From contig JAHLWZ010000917.1 of assembly GCA_020536535.1 (NCBI GenBank), positions 1 through 47,866 on the forward strand: DNA of 47,866 nucleotides, in the 5' to 3' direction. The DNA comes from Pelomyxa schiedti (Eukaryota > Protista > Evosea). The first letter of the stretch is position 1. The number at the start of each line of letters is the position of its first letter. Shown piece by piece: positions 1 through 11,998 of the stretch. The position numbers and the translations under genes were made by a program. A model generated the notes under the pieces. The model had not been told where the DNA came from. It saw only the letters and a program-made list of their open reading frames with translations, and made no database searches.

Positions 1-9
1 TCCAGCATT

Positions 10-2979
10 TTAAGGGAGGGTGAGGGAGTGCCTGAGGATTTTCACGCGATTTTGAACGTGACTGGGAACAGGTTGCACGGAGGGATGCTGAAGTAAATCC
101 TGCCAAATGGTCTGTATCAGTGAGTGGTATGTGTTACCATACGCGGCATGCAACGCATCCCCAGTTATCTGTTTGTGGAGATTATTGCTGTGTTGTGTTG
201 TTGTGATGTGTGAATGCTACCTCTAAAACGGCGAGGAGCATCTCGGGACAATGTCTGTCGAAAGTGGGCATGTTCAAAAATTGCGCTATCCACTTCCAAG
301 TATCTCTCTCGGCTGAATTGGGAAGTGAGAGGTCGGATGAATGGAGGGGAAAAATACATCTATGAAGTAGAAGAGCACCCCACAAAGACAGGTACCCAAC
401 CATTTTGTCAATTGACATTGCTGAAAACACATTTTAAAGTAAATACAGATACAGGCAGCAAAACCTTGTAGTGCTTCAGTTGTGGCGGCACTAGGCCTAG
501 TGTAACAACAGGAATGCCAGAATTGCTGGTTCATAATTTCAGTGAATCTGTAAGAAGAGTGAGTAAAATAGATTACGATACCAACACATACTTTGGGTGG
601 CTTTTAGAGACATTGTGTACTACGGCTGCCACAGCATAGGCTGATTGCGGGTGCATGAATATTTGATTCTCTGCTTGATCCTGAAAGAACCCTTCAATAA
701 GGAGAAATAAAAGTGTAGGAGATAATTTAACAAAGAGGAGCAGGAGAAGAGAGGAAGATGAAAGTAAGGCATTGACATTCAAACATTTAAGAGTTGTATA
801 CCAAGAATTTCTTAGCGCATAAGTGCATTAAAATTTCAGTGCAAGTACCCATGGAAAAAACTTTATTGATTTCCATAACCTGATGTGGGAAGTTAAACTT
901 GTTTTAAGGATTGATGACTGACAAAGTACTTTTCTTTGCACTTGTATGGGGTCGTTTGAAATCTGATTGATAGCCAAATTCATACTCGCACATAATGCAG
1001 CACCCTGTGGGCTAAGTTTGGCCATGAGGTCTTCTTGAGGGGCATGAATGAACGTTGTGGACACCCCTGTCGCTGAAAGAATGGGAGCAGGGGTCGCGGC
1101 AGGGAAAAGTGGTAAATGTCCTTGTTCTGCTAAGTTCGTTGCAGTATTACTCGGAGGTGTTCGCGTACTGGCAAAAAGCTGTAAACCAGTATTTGCAGTG
1201 GAGATTGCTGGTATTTCCCTTGGAGGTTGAGATTGCGTGGGTGCGTCTCGTGTAATAGTGTTTATCTTTGTCTGGGTTTCTGGTTGGTTTGTAGTAAACG
1301 GGAATAACGTTGGCTGCTGTGGTTTGGGCTGAGGTTGTGGCTCAGGCTTCGGGATAGGTGGAGGTTGAGCTTGAGTTTGTAGTTGAGGCGGAGGTTGAGG
1401 TTGAAGTGGCGGTGGTTGGAATGGCAGTTGGGGCTGTGGGAAAAGTTGGGGTTGTGTGAACAGTGCCTCAGTTTTTGGGGGTGGCGGCTGCTTGTCTAAT
1501 TGCTGTGGGAGAAAAGAGCTTGGTGGTGCTTGAAATTGTGGCTTTTCGGTTTGTGGCGGTTTTTGTACCTCTGGGAGCACTTTTTCGCTTCTATTCTGTG
1601 TTTCGGTTAATTTCATCAACCATTGGGGTTGTTCTTGAGCTGCTGGGGGTGGTTCTGATTCTTGTGGAGGTGGATGAAGTTCTTTTGGCGGTGGTAGCCA
1701 CTCTTGTGGGGGTGGATGCAATTCTTTTGGAGGGGGTTGCGGCTCTTGTGGAAGTGGATGCCGCTCTTGTGGAGCTGGTTGTCGTTCTTGTTTAGGGGGT
1801 TCTTGTTGAGGTGGCACTTTATAGGGATGACTGAACACAGTCTCTTCCAACTGAGCAGATTGTAGGTTAGTCAGGAGTCCAGTTGTGGGTGTTCTATTGT
1901 CAACTGTACTAGCTGTTGCATTTGATTGTAACTTTGGATGTTGGAGGATTGTCCCAGGTTGTTGTAGTATTGGCCTTACAATTTGTGATGGAATATCTTG
2001 GAGTCGTGGTTGTGAACCCCCTACTGGGTGCTCAATGAAGAACGAAGGGGTTTCACAAGAGTTCAAGAATTTTTCGTGTGAGAAAGTTGTGTCTTTTAGA
2101 TACTTTCTCGCTGGTTGAATGTTATGCAATGGACTCGCCTGTGCGGGTCTTTGTGGGGGACTTATTTGCAACTTCTCCTGCTAGATAGAAGATATGAGTT
2201 ACCCCCTTCCATTTGCGAACAATTCACATACTTTTCGGGTTACAGGAGGAGACCTACGGACAAATGTCGGATTGTCACCAGCGTTGCTAGTCAGACCAGT
2301 CCTTTGGTAGTACGATGCCCGAGACTGAGGTGATGACTGCAGTGGCGCAACAGCCGCGGCGCAAGAATCACCCCTCATCACACCTTGCACAGTTGGCAAT
2401 TCCTTCACAGAGCTTGGTACCGCAGGTGATGAGTAAATAGGCGGGGGGACGGGTGTCATATTGGCATCTGTTCCTCCACGAGAAGCCCCACTATAAGAAA
2501 TAGCTTCCCCACTGGCACCGAAATTGACATGGACATTGGCATTGGCATTTGCTTTTGCATTGGCATTGGCATTGGCATTGGCATTGTCATTGTCATTGTC
2601 ATGGTGATTGGCATGTCCGCCGGTGTAGTTGGAGGTAGTCTGTTGCGAAGACATCACTGTGCCTTGGGCCGGAGTGCTCGCGATTATGGGAACCGCGTCG
2701 GGCACGTCGTCGAGGTACCGGGCTGAGCGCTGCGCCATGGCCTCGATGGACACATCAAACGGCTCTTCCTCCGGAATCGACCATGGGGGAGGCTGAGGCT
2801 GGGACTGAGACTGAGATTGAGATTGAGATTGGTCGTCGTGGCGCCTGTAACGGTGGCTGTGGCCTCCGCCTCGGTCTCGATGATGATGACGATGTCGAGA
2901 CGCACTGTCGTCGCGTGTGCCGTAGGATGGTGAAGGCACGATGGAGGACCTACGTGGGATATCTGGCGGGGGGTGTCAT
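10..2979 (-). CDS. GLE1: Gle1-like mRNA export factor with a long Pro/Gln/Thr-rich N-terminus (multi-exon)
   Basis: ATG at 2979 (MTPPARYPT) splices into ORF 2199-2939, then ORF 828-2171. Spliced C-terminal exons read LAINQISNDPIQVQRK, QAENQIFMHPQSAYAVAAVV, FWHSCCYTRP, TWKWIAQFLNMP and LLAVLE-ITGDALHAAYGNTYHSLIQTIW, the motif order of the GLE1 domain. TAA at 10-12. Confidence 0.78.
1645..1810 (-). repeat. ~21-bp coding minisatellite (7-aa units such as PQERHPL/PKELHPP) in the Gle1-like gene
   Basis: Protein reads PQERHPLPQEPQPPPKELHPPPQEWLPPPKELHPPPQESEPPP; recurring ctcttgtgg/ttcttttgg on + strand. Confidence 0.7.
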
Positions 2980-3285
2980 CGAGGCGGGAGGAAACAACAA
3001 ACGGAAAGGGGACTAGGATTTAAAAAAAAAAGGGGGGGGGGTTCATACTGATATAAACTCGCACGAGAAGCAGGAGGACCAAGGTCACTACAACGAGCAC
3101 TGCAAGGACGATCATTGCTTGGATCTGCTCAAAAAAAAAGGGACACTGGGCCAAAAACATTCCACTGCTCCCCAGGGTGAAGAAAAGCGTGTATACAAGA
3201 AGAGAAAGACAGCACTTGTTTAAGGTCTCTGTGGTGAGGAAATCTGTTCCCCATACTGAGAATTGAGATCACAAGGAAAAAACCA

Positions 3286-5863
3286 ATGGCCGCAGCTTCG
3301 TCGTTGGGTTGTTACGTTGGACGGTCTCGTACCGAAGTGTGGGCGTTGTTGTTCATCCCATAAGTGCTGACTGATTTTGCAAGGTTCCTATGTGTTTCAA
3401 GTGGGACCTCACACCTCTTTTTGTGAGCGACGACGATTGGAGAGAAGCTGTTGACAAGTTGCTTCCAATGGTAGCACCCATGCAGGAATACAAAGGTACA
3501 CTTTTGAGCTGTGCTGATCCAGTTTTTGTGAAAGTGGGTCAATAACAAATTGTGGGTTTCTTTTTAACAGGGAAGGTATGCCTGAGTGCTGAGAATATTG
3601 CTGCTGTTGTGAGAATACACGACGATATCGATAGGGCTTTGTCCCGTGTAAGAACATATGCAAACTTGAGGGCTGACGGTGACAAATCGGATTCAGCTGC
3701 CCAGGGCATGGCTGATACCATTCGTTCGTTGGAGAGCCAGATAGACGCGGATTGTTCTTGGATTGTTCCGGAAATGTTGGAACCCATCAAGGTTCCATCA
3801 TCTGAAACTAGTGCTGGGAACGCCGAATATGCCATCACTCACTGGTTGAATCACGAGCTATTAGTCCCATACCGCCGTTACATCGAACTTATATTACGTG
3901 ATGCTCCACATACACTGTCGGCAAAAGAAGAGGCGTTACTGGCTGGAATGGGTGATTTGCTGGACAATCCGCGTGTCATATCAAATCTCCTAAGAAATGC
4001 TGATATGAAATTCCCAAATCTTGTAATCTCGGACGCAAATGGTATAAAAACAACAGTCCCCCTTTCAAATGGCAATTACATCTCACTCCTTCAGGTTGGC
4101 TACCCTTCTTATTTTTTTTTTGTGCCCCATTAAAATCCCAAAAAAGAGTGGAGACCGCAATACCCGGAGAGAGGCTTACACCACACTCTACACTGTATAT
4201 GGGAGCCTGGCACATACATTCTCCGCTTGTTTGAATGCAAAAGTGAAAGCTTCTGTTTTTCGAGCTCGTCTACGTAATTACCCATCAGCTCTTGAAGCTT
4301 CACTTCATGCCGATAATGTGAAGCCAAGTGTCTACCACGCTCTAATTGATGCTGTACATCGATCTCTTCCAGATCTTTATTCGTACTTTAGCTTGCGTTG
4401 CAAGTCACTTAAATTGGAGAAACTTAATATGTAAGCATTTTAGCATATTTCTACTGTCTAAATTTCACCAGGTATGACATGCATGTATCCATAGTTCCAG
4501 ACTTCTCTATGAAGGCATCTCCTCGCTCCTAACGAAGATCTGATGCGGTTGTAGGTTCCATACGATCAAGCATGTTCTTGGGTAAGGGAGTCCCTGCAAA
4601 TTCTGGGTCCAAACTACTCGGAATTGATAAATAAAGTATGCATGCACACGCCTTGAATCTGCAACTAAGTAGTAGTTCAGGCTATTTCTGAACGATGGAT
4701 CGATGTGTAGGGCAGTAATACTATTATGACAACTCATTGAACTACCAGATACGAAAACCGAGGGAAACGGGCCGGTGGTTACTCAACGGGCTGTTACGAT
4801 GCCCACCCTTATATTTTGATGAATTACAACAATGATCTTGACTCGTATGCATAATGTCTAAATCTAGCTGCCATTGGTCTTAAATATAACAGTTCTCAAT
4901 TACAGCGCCACTACTCTTGCCCATGAGCTTGGCCATGCAATGCACAAGGCCTTCTCCTCCCGAAATCAGCCGCATCTCTATTACAGGTATTATTATGCAA
5001 TTAATTATTTGTGAGTTCACATTTAAAGCTACCGTATTTTTGTTGCTGAAGTAGCAAGCACAGTAAACCAAATGCTACTTCACGAGCACCTTATGACCAC
5101 TGCCACAGATATTAGATTGAAGGCCTATCTGTTAAATAAGAAGTAAAATTCTTCCACTGCAATTGTGAGCTTACCTAAATAACAAGGTGTGATGAGTTCC
5201 GCACAACTCTTTTCCGGTATACTTTCAATCCTATTCTGCAGAAGTAGGTAACCTGGATTAAAGGCAGACTATGTTTGCAGAATTCGAGAAGATCATACAC
5301 GAAAAGATTGAATCCGGAGTCCCACTAACAGATGAATTGCTTTGCACCGAGGTACAAAGCATTTTTTCAAGGTAGTCTCTGTTATTCACCATTTCCCAGT
5401 ATGCTTCTTTAAATACCCTATATCATGGAGACAATGTCATTCAAGATTCGCTGATTTCATTTGAGTGGGAGAGAGTCCTGCACTTCTTCCTAAATTTCTA
5501 CGTTTACAAGTAAACATCCAATTTGGAAAAAGACCACTCACTAATCAACATCAAGATACGCCACCAGCCTTTGTGCTGCCGAGAAAATTGTATTCAATTT
5601 GCTGGCACACAAGCCAGGATTCCTTGACAAGTACCTCAACTTTCTTTCCAGTGGATGCTCCAAGGATCCCCTCGATTTACTTGCCGATGTAACTCCACCC
5701 TCCACACCTTCCTTCACATTCAATGAAACCCTAATTCATTCTTCTCCTCCATAACACCCAGATGGATTTGGACCTCTCCTCTGTAGACATTATAGAAGAC
5801 AGCATATCGTCCTTCAAGAAGGCTGTCTTGGGTCTTTCTGCTGCCCTTGAGTCCCTACCTTGA
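3286..5863 (+). CDS. pepF: Oligoendopeptidase F (peptidase M3B), bacterial type, intron-containing
   Basis: Spliced N-terminus RSRTEVPMCFKWDLTPLFVSDDDW; YENRGKRAGGYSTGCYDAHPYILMNY; zinc motif TLAHELGHAMH (~4915-4945); IFVAEVAST; RQTMFAEFE; KFYVYKYAT; C-terminal LSSGCSKDPLDLL; TGA 5861-5863. Confidence 0.92.
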
Positions 5864-5905
5864 TTAACAACCGTTCCAACGACCAAAGTATCTTAACGAT
5901 CCAGT

Positions 5906-6077
5906 GAAAATTGCTGGGGCAGGCCACACTTCTTAAGTTCTTGCACGGCAAACAAAAACAAAGGCTCTATTATTTATCCACAAACCGCGAAATCAGCTCG
6001 TAGGCGTTGAGTCGTACTTCAGGGGGAGAAAAAAAAAGTACGATTCGTAAGAAGTGTGGCCTGCCCCAGCAATTTTC
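5906..6077. repeat. Perfect 30-bp inverted repeat (5906-5935 / 6048-6077), 112-bp spacer
   Basis: gaaaattgctggggcaggccacacttctta is the exact reverse complement of taagaagtgtggcctgccccagcaattttc. Confidence 0.95.
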
Positions 6078-6500
6078 TGAGTACTTGCAGTCGCAAAGTT
6101 ATGACTGCATGCAGGTGGGTGAGTGGTGTCAGACTGGCAACCCTGAACTGGCCATGGTTGCCTATATGAAGGGTTTCTGTGATGACAAAGCGGTGTAAGT
6201 AGCTCGCTCAAACTCACTTGGCTAGCCAAGTACGCCGGCTCACGAGAGAGTTCTGAGCTATGGGAAAAAGTCTGGGACATTGCTTCCGCCGATTCGTCTC
6301 TCAAGGACAACATAATCAAGTCATTCAACTCTTACACTGCCGAAGAGGCGTGCTTATCAGGAGCATTATGAAGGCAGACAAACCAATGCTCTTGATGGAG
6401 GTGCTGGGCGAGGCTCTTTTCAATACACAATTACAATGCAACAGAAACCTGGCCAACCTCCTACTCTTCACTGCAACCAGCCAAACACAAACAAGGGTCG
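6048..6500 (+). pseudogene. Clathrin heavy-chain repeat fragment, disrupted
   Basis: YDCMQVGEWCQTGNPELAMVAYMKGFCDD, LAKYAGSRESSELWEKV and SIMKADKPMLLMEVL...NRNLANLLLFTATSQTQTRV align by eye to clathrin heavy chain [42 protein letters not shown] and FMTADLPNELIELL...[20 protein letters not shown]. The alignment needs an in-frame TAA (6196-6198) and two frameshifts. Confidence 0.75.
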
Positions 6501-6613
6501 GGAAAAAGAAGCTTCTGTTTTGCTGGGGAAAGTCGAAGGCTCTTAAGAATTAAAAAAAAAAAGTCATGACAAAATGGTATTGTTTTTGTTATTACATGCT
6601 TTACAGTACTCCC

Positions 6614-9465
6614 TTACAAGCTGGGGTAATCAACAAAGTCAGCATAGACAGGTACTTCCCTCAAACTTTTGTGTTTGTGAGAAGCCGTTGTCCTATCCAC
6701 AAATTTGAGCCAGCACACCACCACCACCAAAACGGTTGCACAGCTCCCAATAAACAAAATTCCTGACACAATTGATGTATTGTCAGATGATGTCTGCCAG
6801 GTACCATGCACGTGTGGCGGGGTATCTTCCAAGCGTTCATAGAAAATGCCACCCCACCCAGAACCAGTGGTTTGAACAGAGAGCGTAAATTTCTGCACCT
6901 TGTAGTTGGGTTTATAGTCTTCGGTGCCATTTCCACTTAGAATTAGGCCCTTCGAAAATTCACAATCTTCCAATCTCATGTGCAATCGGCCTCTCACTGA
7001 GCTAGGGTTTATGAAACGAATAATTCCGCCATAATGGCACCCAACAGCTAAATTCTTCTCCCGCTTCCAGTATACATCTTGATTGTGTAAGTTGCCATTG
7101 ACCTAGAGATGGAACACACATTCCGGGAGATTGTGCAACTCTATGTCTGCAGCAATCAATGCATCCAGTGGCCCGCTGAATAGACGGGAATCACTTGGAG
7201 TCAAGGGCACATACTCTGGGAAAACCTTTTTTTCGTGTAAGGAATTGTGTTGGGAGAGTTCTTTGGGGGTACGCTAATTTCACAGTAAGTAGTTTCCGAT
7301 TCCGGCTCTTCTCCAAATAAAAAGTCGGTGACAATTGAGTCCACACATTTACTTCCAGATAAGAACCCCACATGAGGCCCACCTTTAAGTACAAGCAAAG
7401 ATGATTCAGGAATATCACCGTGAAGCTTTATTTAATTAGTTGGTTTCTTGCTGTACTTTTTTTCCTTTCTTCCTACCTGCAAGGATTGCTCGAAGGGAGT
7501 AGAGGGATCTACATCAGATGTAATAAGTAAGCAGGGCACATTCGAGGGAAGAGGCATTGGCTCATTAGAGGGAACAGGGCTGTGAGTCTCAGCATGAACA
7601 AAAGCCTCCGCAATATCAATAAACCACATTACCCCAAAGGGGGATGTCCAATATTGAGAACCTAATTTAGTAAGGAAAAAACCAGAGTGAAGAGAAGAAG
7701 TCTACCTTGTTCAACGTAATCAGAAACCCACAATTGTACATCATCTCCACCCTTATTCAGTACATCAAAGCTGTAATCGCAACCACAGATTGCTAGATAT
7801 GAAGCATCTGAAAAATCTTCCTGTTCCTCTGTTGACTGGACTCCAAGTGTTAGACTGTCAACCCCAGCTGAGAGGTAGAAAAGCCTAAGTAAAGACAGGA
7901 AGTTGCGGTGCACAGAAGCTTGAAGGAGGGCCCGAAGAAGCTGACTGCGGCCATGGGGTGAATAAAGTAAATCCTCACTTACAGTTTGGAGGGCAGTATC
8001 ACTGAAGTAGCGTATGGGATTCTGTGGAAATGGAGGTGTAGATGTGGGAAGTGGAAAATCGACCACAGCATAACTTTCCTGCAGTTGCGAATTGAGTTTA
8101 TCAAACAGTGAGGTGCAAGAACTGCCACTGCAGGCGGCATCATGATTGCATGATGGATCGCGTTCACATGCAGAAAGGGTATCTCGAATTACTGCTTGAA
8201 GCCCTCTCACTTGAGAGGAGGTATAGGAAGAAATGTTGAGTGCAGGATTGACGCTACAGTCCAGGATGATTGAAGCTACCGATTCAGGGAAAGATGACGC
8301 ATAGGCTTGCATGAAATACGTGCCATAAGATGCTCCATATAACCACAATTTTGATGTATTGGTAAGAACTCTAAAGACTTCTAGATCACGTATGGCTTGT
8401 TGTGTTCCAAGAAATGGAAGTAACTTGGTCAAGTCAGAGTAAAAATAGAGGCACACAGACTCACGCTTCTACGTTGCTGTGCTGGTGTCTCATTTGAACC
8501 AATGACGCACTGAGCTTCTACAAAGGAATTAAGGTGATGTACGCAATCTGTGGCGAATTGGTATGTCCTATTCACTGTCTCTGCTCTTCCCGTGTCATCA
8601 TCAAGGTTCATGTCATACTGGGAAGGGGTTAGTCCCTGTAGTAATATATTACACTGATACTTTGTAAAATTCTGTGGAGTCTTCAAGGCACCACAAGCCA
8701 CATGAATCACCCACGCCTCGTTGATCAAAGAAGACCAAATCAAAGGCCTACTGGAGTTCGATACGCAATGGAGGAACAAAAAAGGGTACCTCTCTCACTG
8801 GAACGGGCATTTCTAGGATCCATTCAGTCAAAGAATTGTGAGCAACAACACCAGGTCCCCCAAGGTTAAAAACTAGGGGTCCCACAAGAGAACCGTCACG
8901 CTTGCTTGCAGGAAGGATTTGGAAATGAACTAAAAAAAAAAACCAGTGAGAAGAAGAAGGAAGTGGTTGTGCAAGTCAGACAAAGGTTTGGTTTTTTGCA
9001 AAATTTGGGCATACCCATGATATTCCCTGAATCAGATTGAGCAAAATGATCCACTGGAACAACCACGTCAAGGCACAGAAGCCCAGGCACGGCTCTCCTG
9101 CTGAGATCACATTCAACAGCACCCGCCGCTGTGTATTTTGCCAGGCTCCCATAGTTCGGTTGCACCGGTTGGTTCTGCACGTGCTTCACGCGGACGTTGA
9201 TTGGGTGCGTGCCCGACGCGGCCACGGCCTGCGAGCTCGGCGTCTCCACGACAAAGGGATCGCCCGCGGGGGAAAAACGCAGCGAAAACGAGTTGAGGCC
9301 GCTGCGCCAGTCGCATTGCTCGTAGTCGTCGGTGGCGACGGGGCTGAGAACGGCGTCCTTGAGCGAGAGGGAAGCCCGTGATCGAGCCCACACAAACACC
9401 GCGAGAGGCCCCAAAACTACAACACAAGTGGCAAACACCACGCCGCAACGACTCCAAGACACCAT
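6614..9465 (-). CDS. TAP-like/Hip1-type alpha/beta-hydrolase (serine peptidase) with N-terminal signal anchor and C-terminal TM helix (multi-exon)
   Basis: Spliced motifs CLDVVVPVDH, PLVFNLGGPG, FDLVFFDQRGVGDS, IRDLEVFR...YGASYGT (nucleophile Ser ~8325), DVDPSTP, GGPHVGFLSGSKCVDSIVTDFL; hydrophobic ends; tail ...VYADFVDYPSL. Confidence 0.88.
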
Positions 9466-9791
9466 CCTTCAATGAGCTTCCGGGGAAAAAAAAGGGATGA
9501 TACACCTTATGAGAATGTCCTGATGGCGCTGTGGAGTTCGTTCTCCAAAATCATTTTTCCCAGAACCCTCCTGTGAGAATGCACTGTTTATCAAGCCTTC
9601 ATGTGCCCTGAGGGTACTACAACAAGGCCTTGTTCCAAGGCAACCCTCTCTTGTACCAACCAACTCCAGAGAAAACAGACCAACTTCTTTTTCCGCTTCT
9701 GTTTGGGAAATCCTGATTGGGGACGTGCCAACGAGTTGGTGGGCTGTGGCATTTTTAAGGGTAACCATGCACACACAATCAACTCGAAAAA

Positions 9792-11392
9792 ATGGATAGA
9801 CTAAGAGCCAGTGTGTTGAAATTCCAGCAGCAACATGAGGAGGCCCCCTCCGTGCAACAAGCCGAAGAAGACCTCCGCGCCGCCCAACAACAGTCCCGAG
9901 ACGCCAGCGCCGAAGTAGACACCATCACCAAGCAGCTCAACTTCCACACCGCCACCCTCGACCGCCACGAGGCCGACCTCGTCCCCATCCAGCAGAAGCT
10001 CTCCCGCGCCGACGACAACTACGTCCGCAGCGTCGCCCTCCAAGGAGACCGGCAGCTCGTCCAGAACCGGGCGCGCGTCGCGGCCGAGGAGGCGCAGGCG
10101 GCCCGCCGCAGGCTCGACGCCGAGAGGGAGAACACCGCGAGGCTGTGGGGCCAGTACGCCAGGGCGCTGGCGGCCGCGCTGGCGGCGGAGGACGCGAGGG
10201 CCTACGAGGCGGCGGAGCAGCACACCGTGGAGGCGACCGTGGTGCACGACGAGTGGGGCGACGCGGTGGACGCGGAGCAGCGCGCCCGCGTGGCCTGCGA
10301 CGCCGCCGAGCAGCAGGAGAGGCAGGCCCGGCGGGCCGCCGAGGACGCCGCGCAGAAGGAGGCCGACGCCGCCGCCGAGTGCAACGTCGCCAGGCAGCAG
10401 GAGACGTTCGTGAGGGACGCCATCTTCCAGACGCGCGCCCGGCTGCGCCGCATCGGCGGCGACCTCGAGGCCGCCCGCGCCCAGGCCGAGCTGTGCGCGC
10501 AGCAGGTGGCCGTGATGGAGGCCAGGCTGGAGACTGCCAAGATTTCAGAGGCAATCGCGGGCGTGGGGCTTACGAACAGCGGTATCGAGGAGCTGAGGAA
10601 GCTGGTCAATTCGCAGAGGGACACGGCTTCTGCTCAGGCGAAGCTCGAGTCTGTGATCAAGGTGGTGAAGAGTTTCAGCCAGGCCAGACTGGCCTCTGCT
10701 GACGCTAATGGCATGAAATACATTGCTATCATTGCGCACAACCTCTGCAAGCCTGCTATGAAGGCTTGGCTGATCAAGCATAAAGCAGTGCTTGACAAGT
10801 TCAACATTGTGGCAACTGGAACAACTGGGGATGTAGTTACACTTGGTGCTGGCCTAAAGCTGGCAAAGCATTGTAATTCTGGCCCGTTGGGAGGTGATCA
10901 GGTAAATTCTTCTTGCATCTTTTTTATGCTATGTACTTATGTACTTCATAGGAAATTGGCGCTCTTGCCGCTAGGCATCAGTTGCTTGCTTTAATCTTTT
11001 TCCGTGACCCCATGTCCGCACATCCTCACGAGCATGACGTGGAAGCCCTTTATCGGCTTTGTGATGTACATATGGTACCTTATGCCACAAATCCTGCCGC
11101 CGGGGATGCCATCATTTCACTACTCACTTCCAAGGTATGTGGTTCTTTTTTTCAGGGTTATTCATCAACTAATGGTATTGCACAGCCAAACAACTGGGAT
11201 CAACTTGACGAATTCCGTGAAAGAAACCCGGAGTGTGTTACTCCATTTGTAAAGAAATATATCGAAGAGCAAGACACAATGCTGCGCGACAAAGTTGACA
11301 TTGACAGGGTCGGCACCAGGGGAACACCACAGGCCCGAAACGGGGAGGCAAATCTGGTGAAAGTACCATCAAACATATATTCAGCAAGCTGA
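9792..11392 (+). CDS. mgsA: Methylglyoxal synthase domain fused to a ~305-aa N-terminal coiled coil
   Basis: From 10713: IAIIAHNLCKPAM...VATGTTG...NSGPLGGDQ, intron 10902-10951, EIGA...LIFFRDPMSAHPHEHDVEALYRLCDVHMVPYATN, all MgsA signature motifs. The upstream Ala/Glu/Arg-rich helical region is in the same ORF. Confidence 0.9.
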
Positions 11393-11998
11393 ACACCTCA
11401 ACAATTGTTTTATTTGTAAAGGCAATAGGACCATTTTTTTTTGAATTCTTGAGCACTGAAAAGAAACAACACAATAACTCGAAAAGAAAAGGCCTTTTCT
11501 AGTGCTTGGTTTGGTTATGAGATCCTCAAGAGGCACACAAGGAAACTGCTGTTTTGCGTCACGTCGCCCAACAGTCCAAGAACAAAAAAAAATCCTTCGA
11601 TGAAACCTCAAGTTGTTGGTGGTCAAGACAAAATCAGGCACCTCGGAGACATGTCTGCTGTGTTGTGATCCCCTCGACCATTCCAACTCATAGTCGCCAA
11701 CGCACTCTTGGTAAACCTCCAACAACAAAACCACTTTCCAACCACAATACAACACAAAGTACCAACGACACGCAAACTTGTGTGGAGCTATTTTCTCCAC
11801 GGGGATGTTTGCCACAATAATGATATTGTTTATTGTTTCCTGCTACCACCCACCATCCTGTTGGTGCCTTCTCGTTGAAGAGAATTTACTTTCTTTGAAA
11901 TAGGGGCCAGGTGGATTTTTCATGGACAAAAACGGACAAAAAGTTAGGAAAAAAAAAGAAACCAACGACACACTTCGAAGTCACAACAGCGGTTTGGG

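Noticed and set aside
9801-10702. Several long overlapping Arg/Pro/Gly-rich ORFs on both strands
   Set aside because: Stop-poor alternative frames caused by very high GC; only the coiled-coil frame joins the MGS domain.
3286-11392. Bacterial contamination or endosymbiont contig
   Set aside because: The genes contain multiple spliceosomal introns and are contiguous with clearly eukaryotic genes.
11381-11925. Minus-strand 144-aa ORF with intron-like segments and a faint RRM-like NIIIVANIP stretch
   Set aside because: No splice model gave a recognisable protein; may be a decayed gene but is unsupported.
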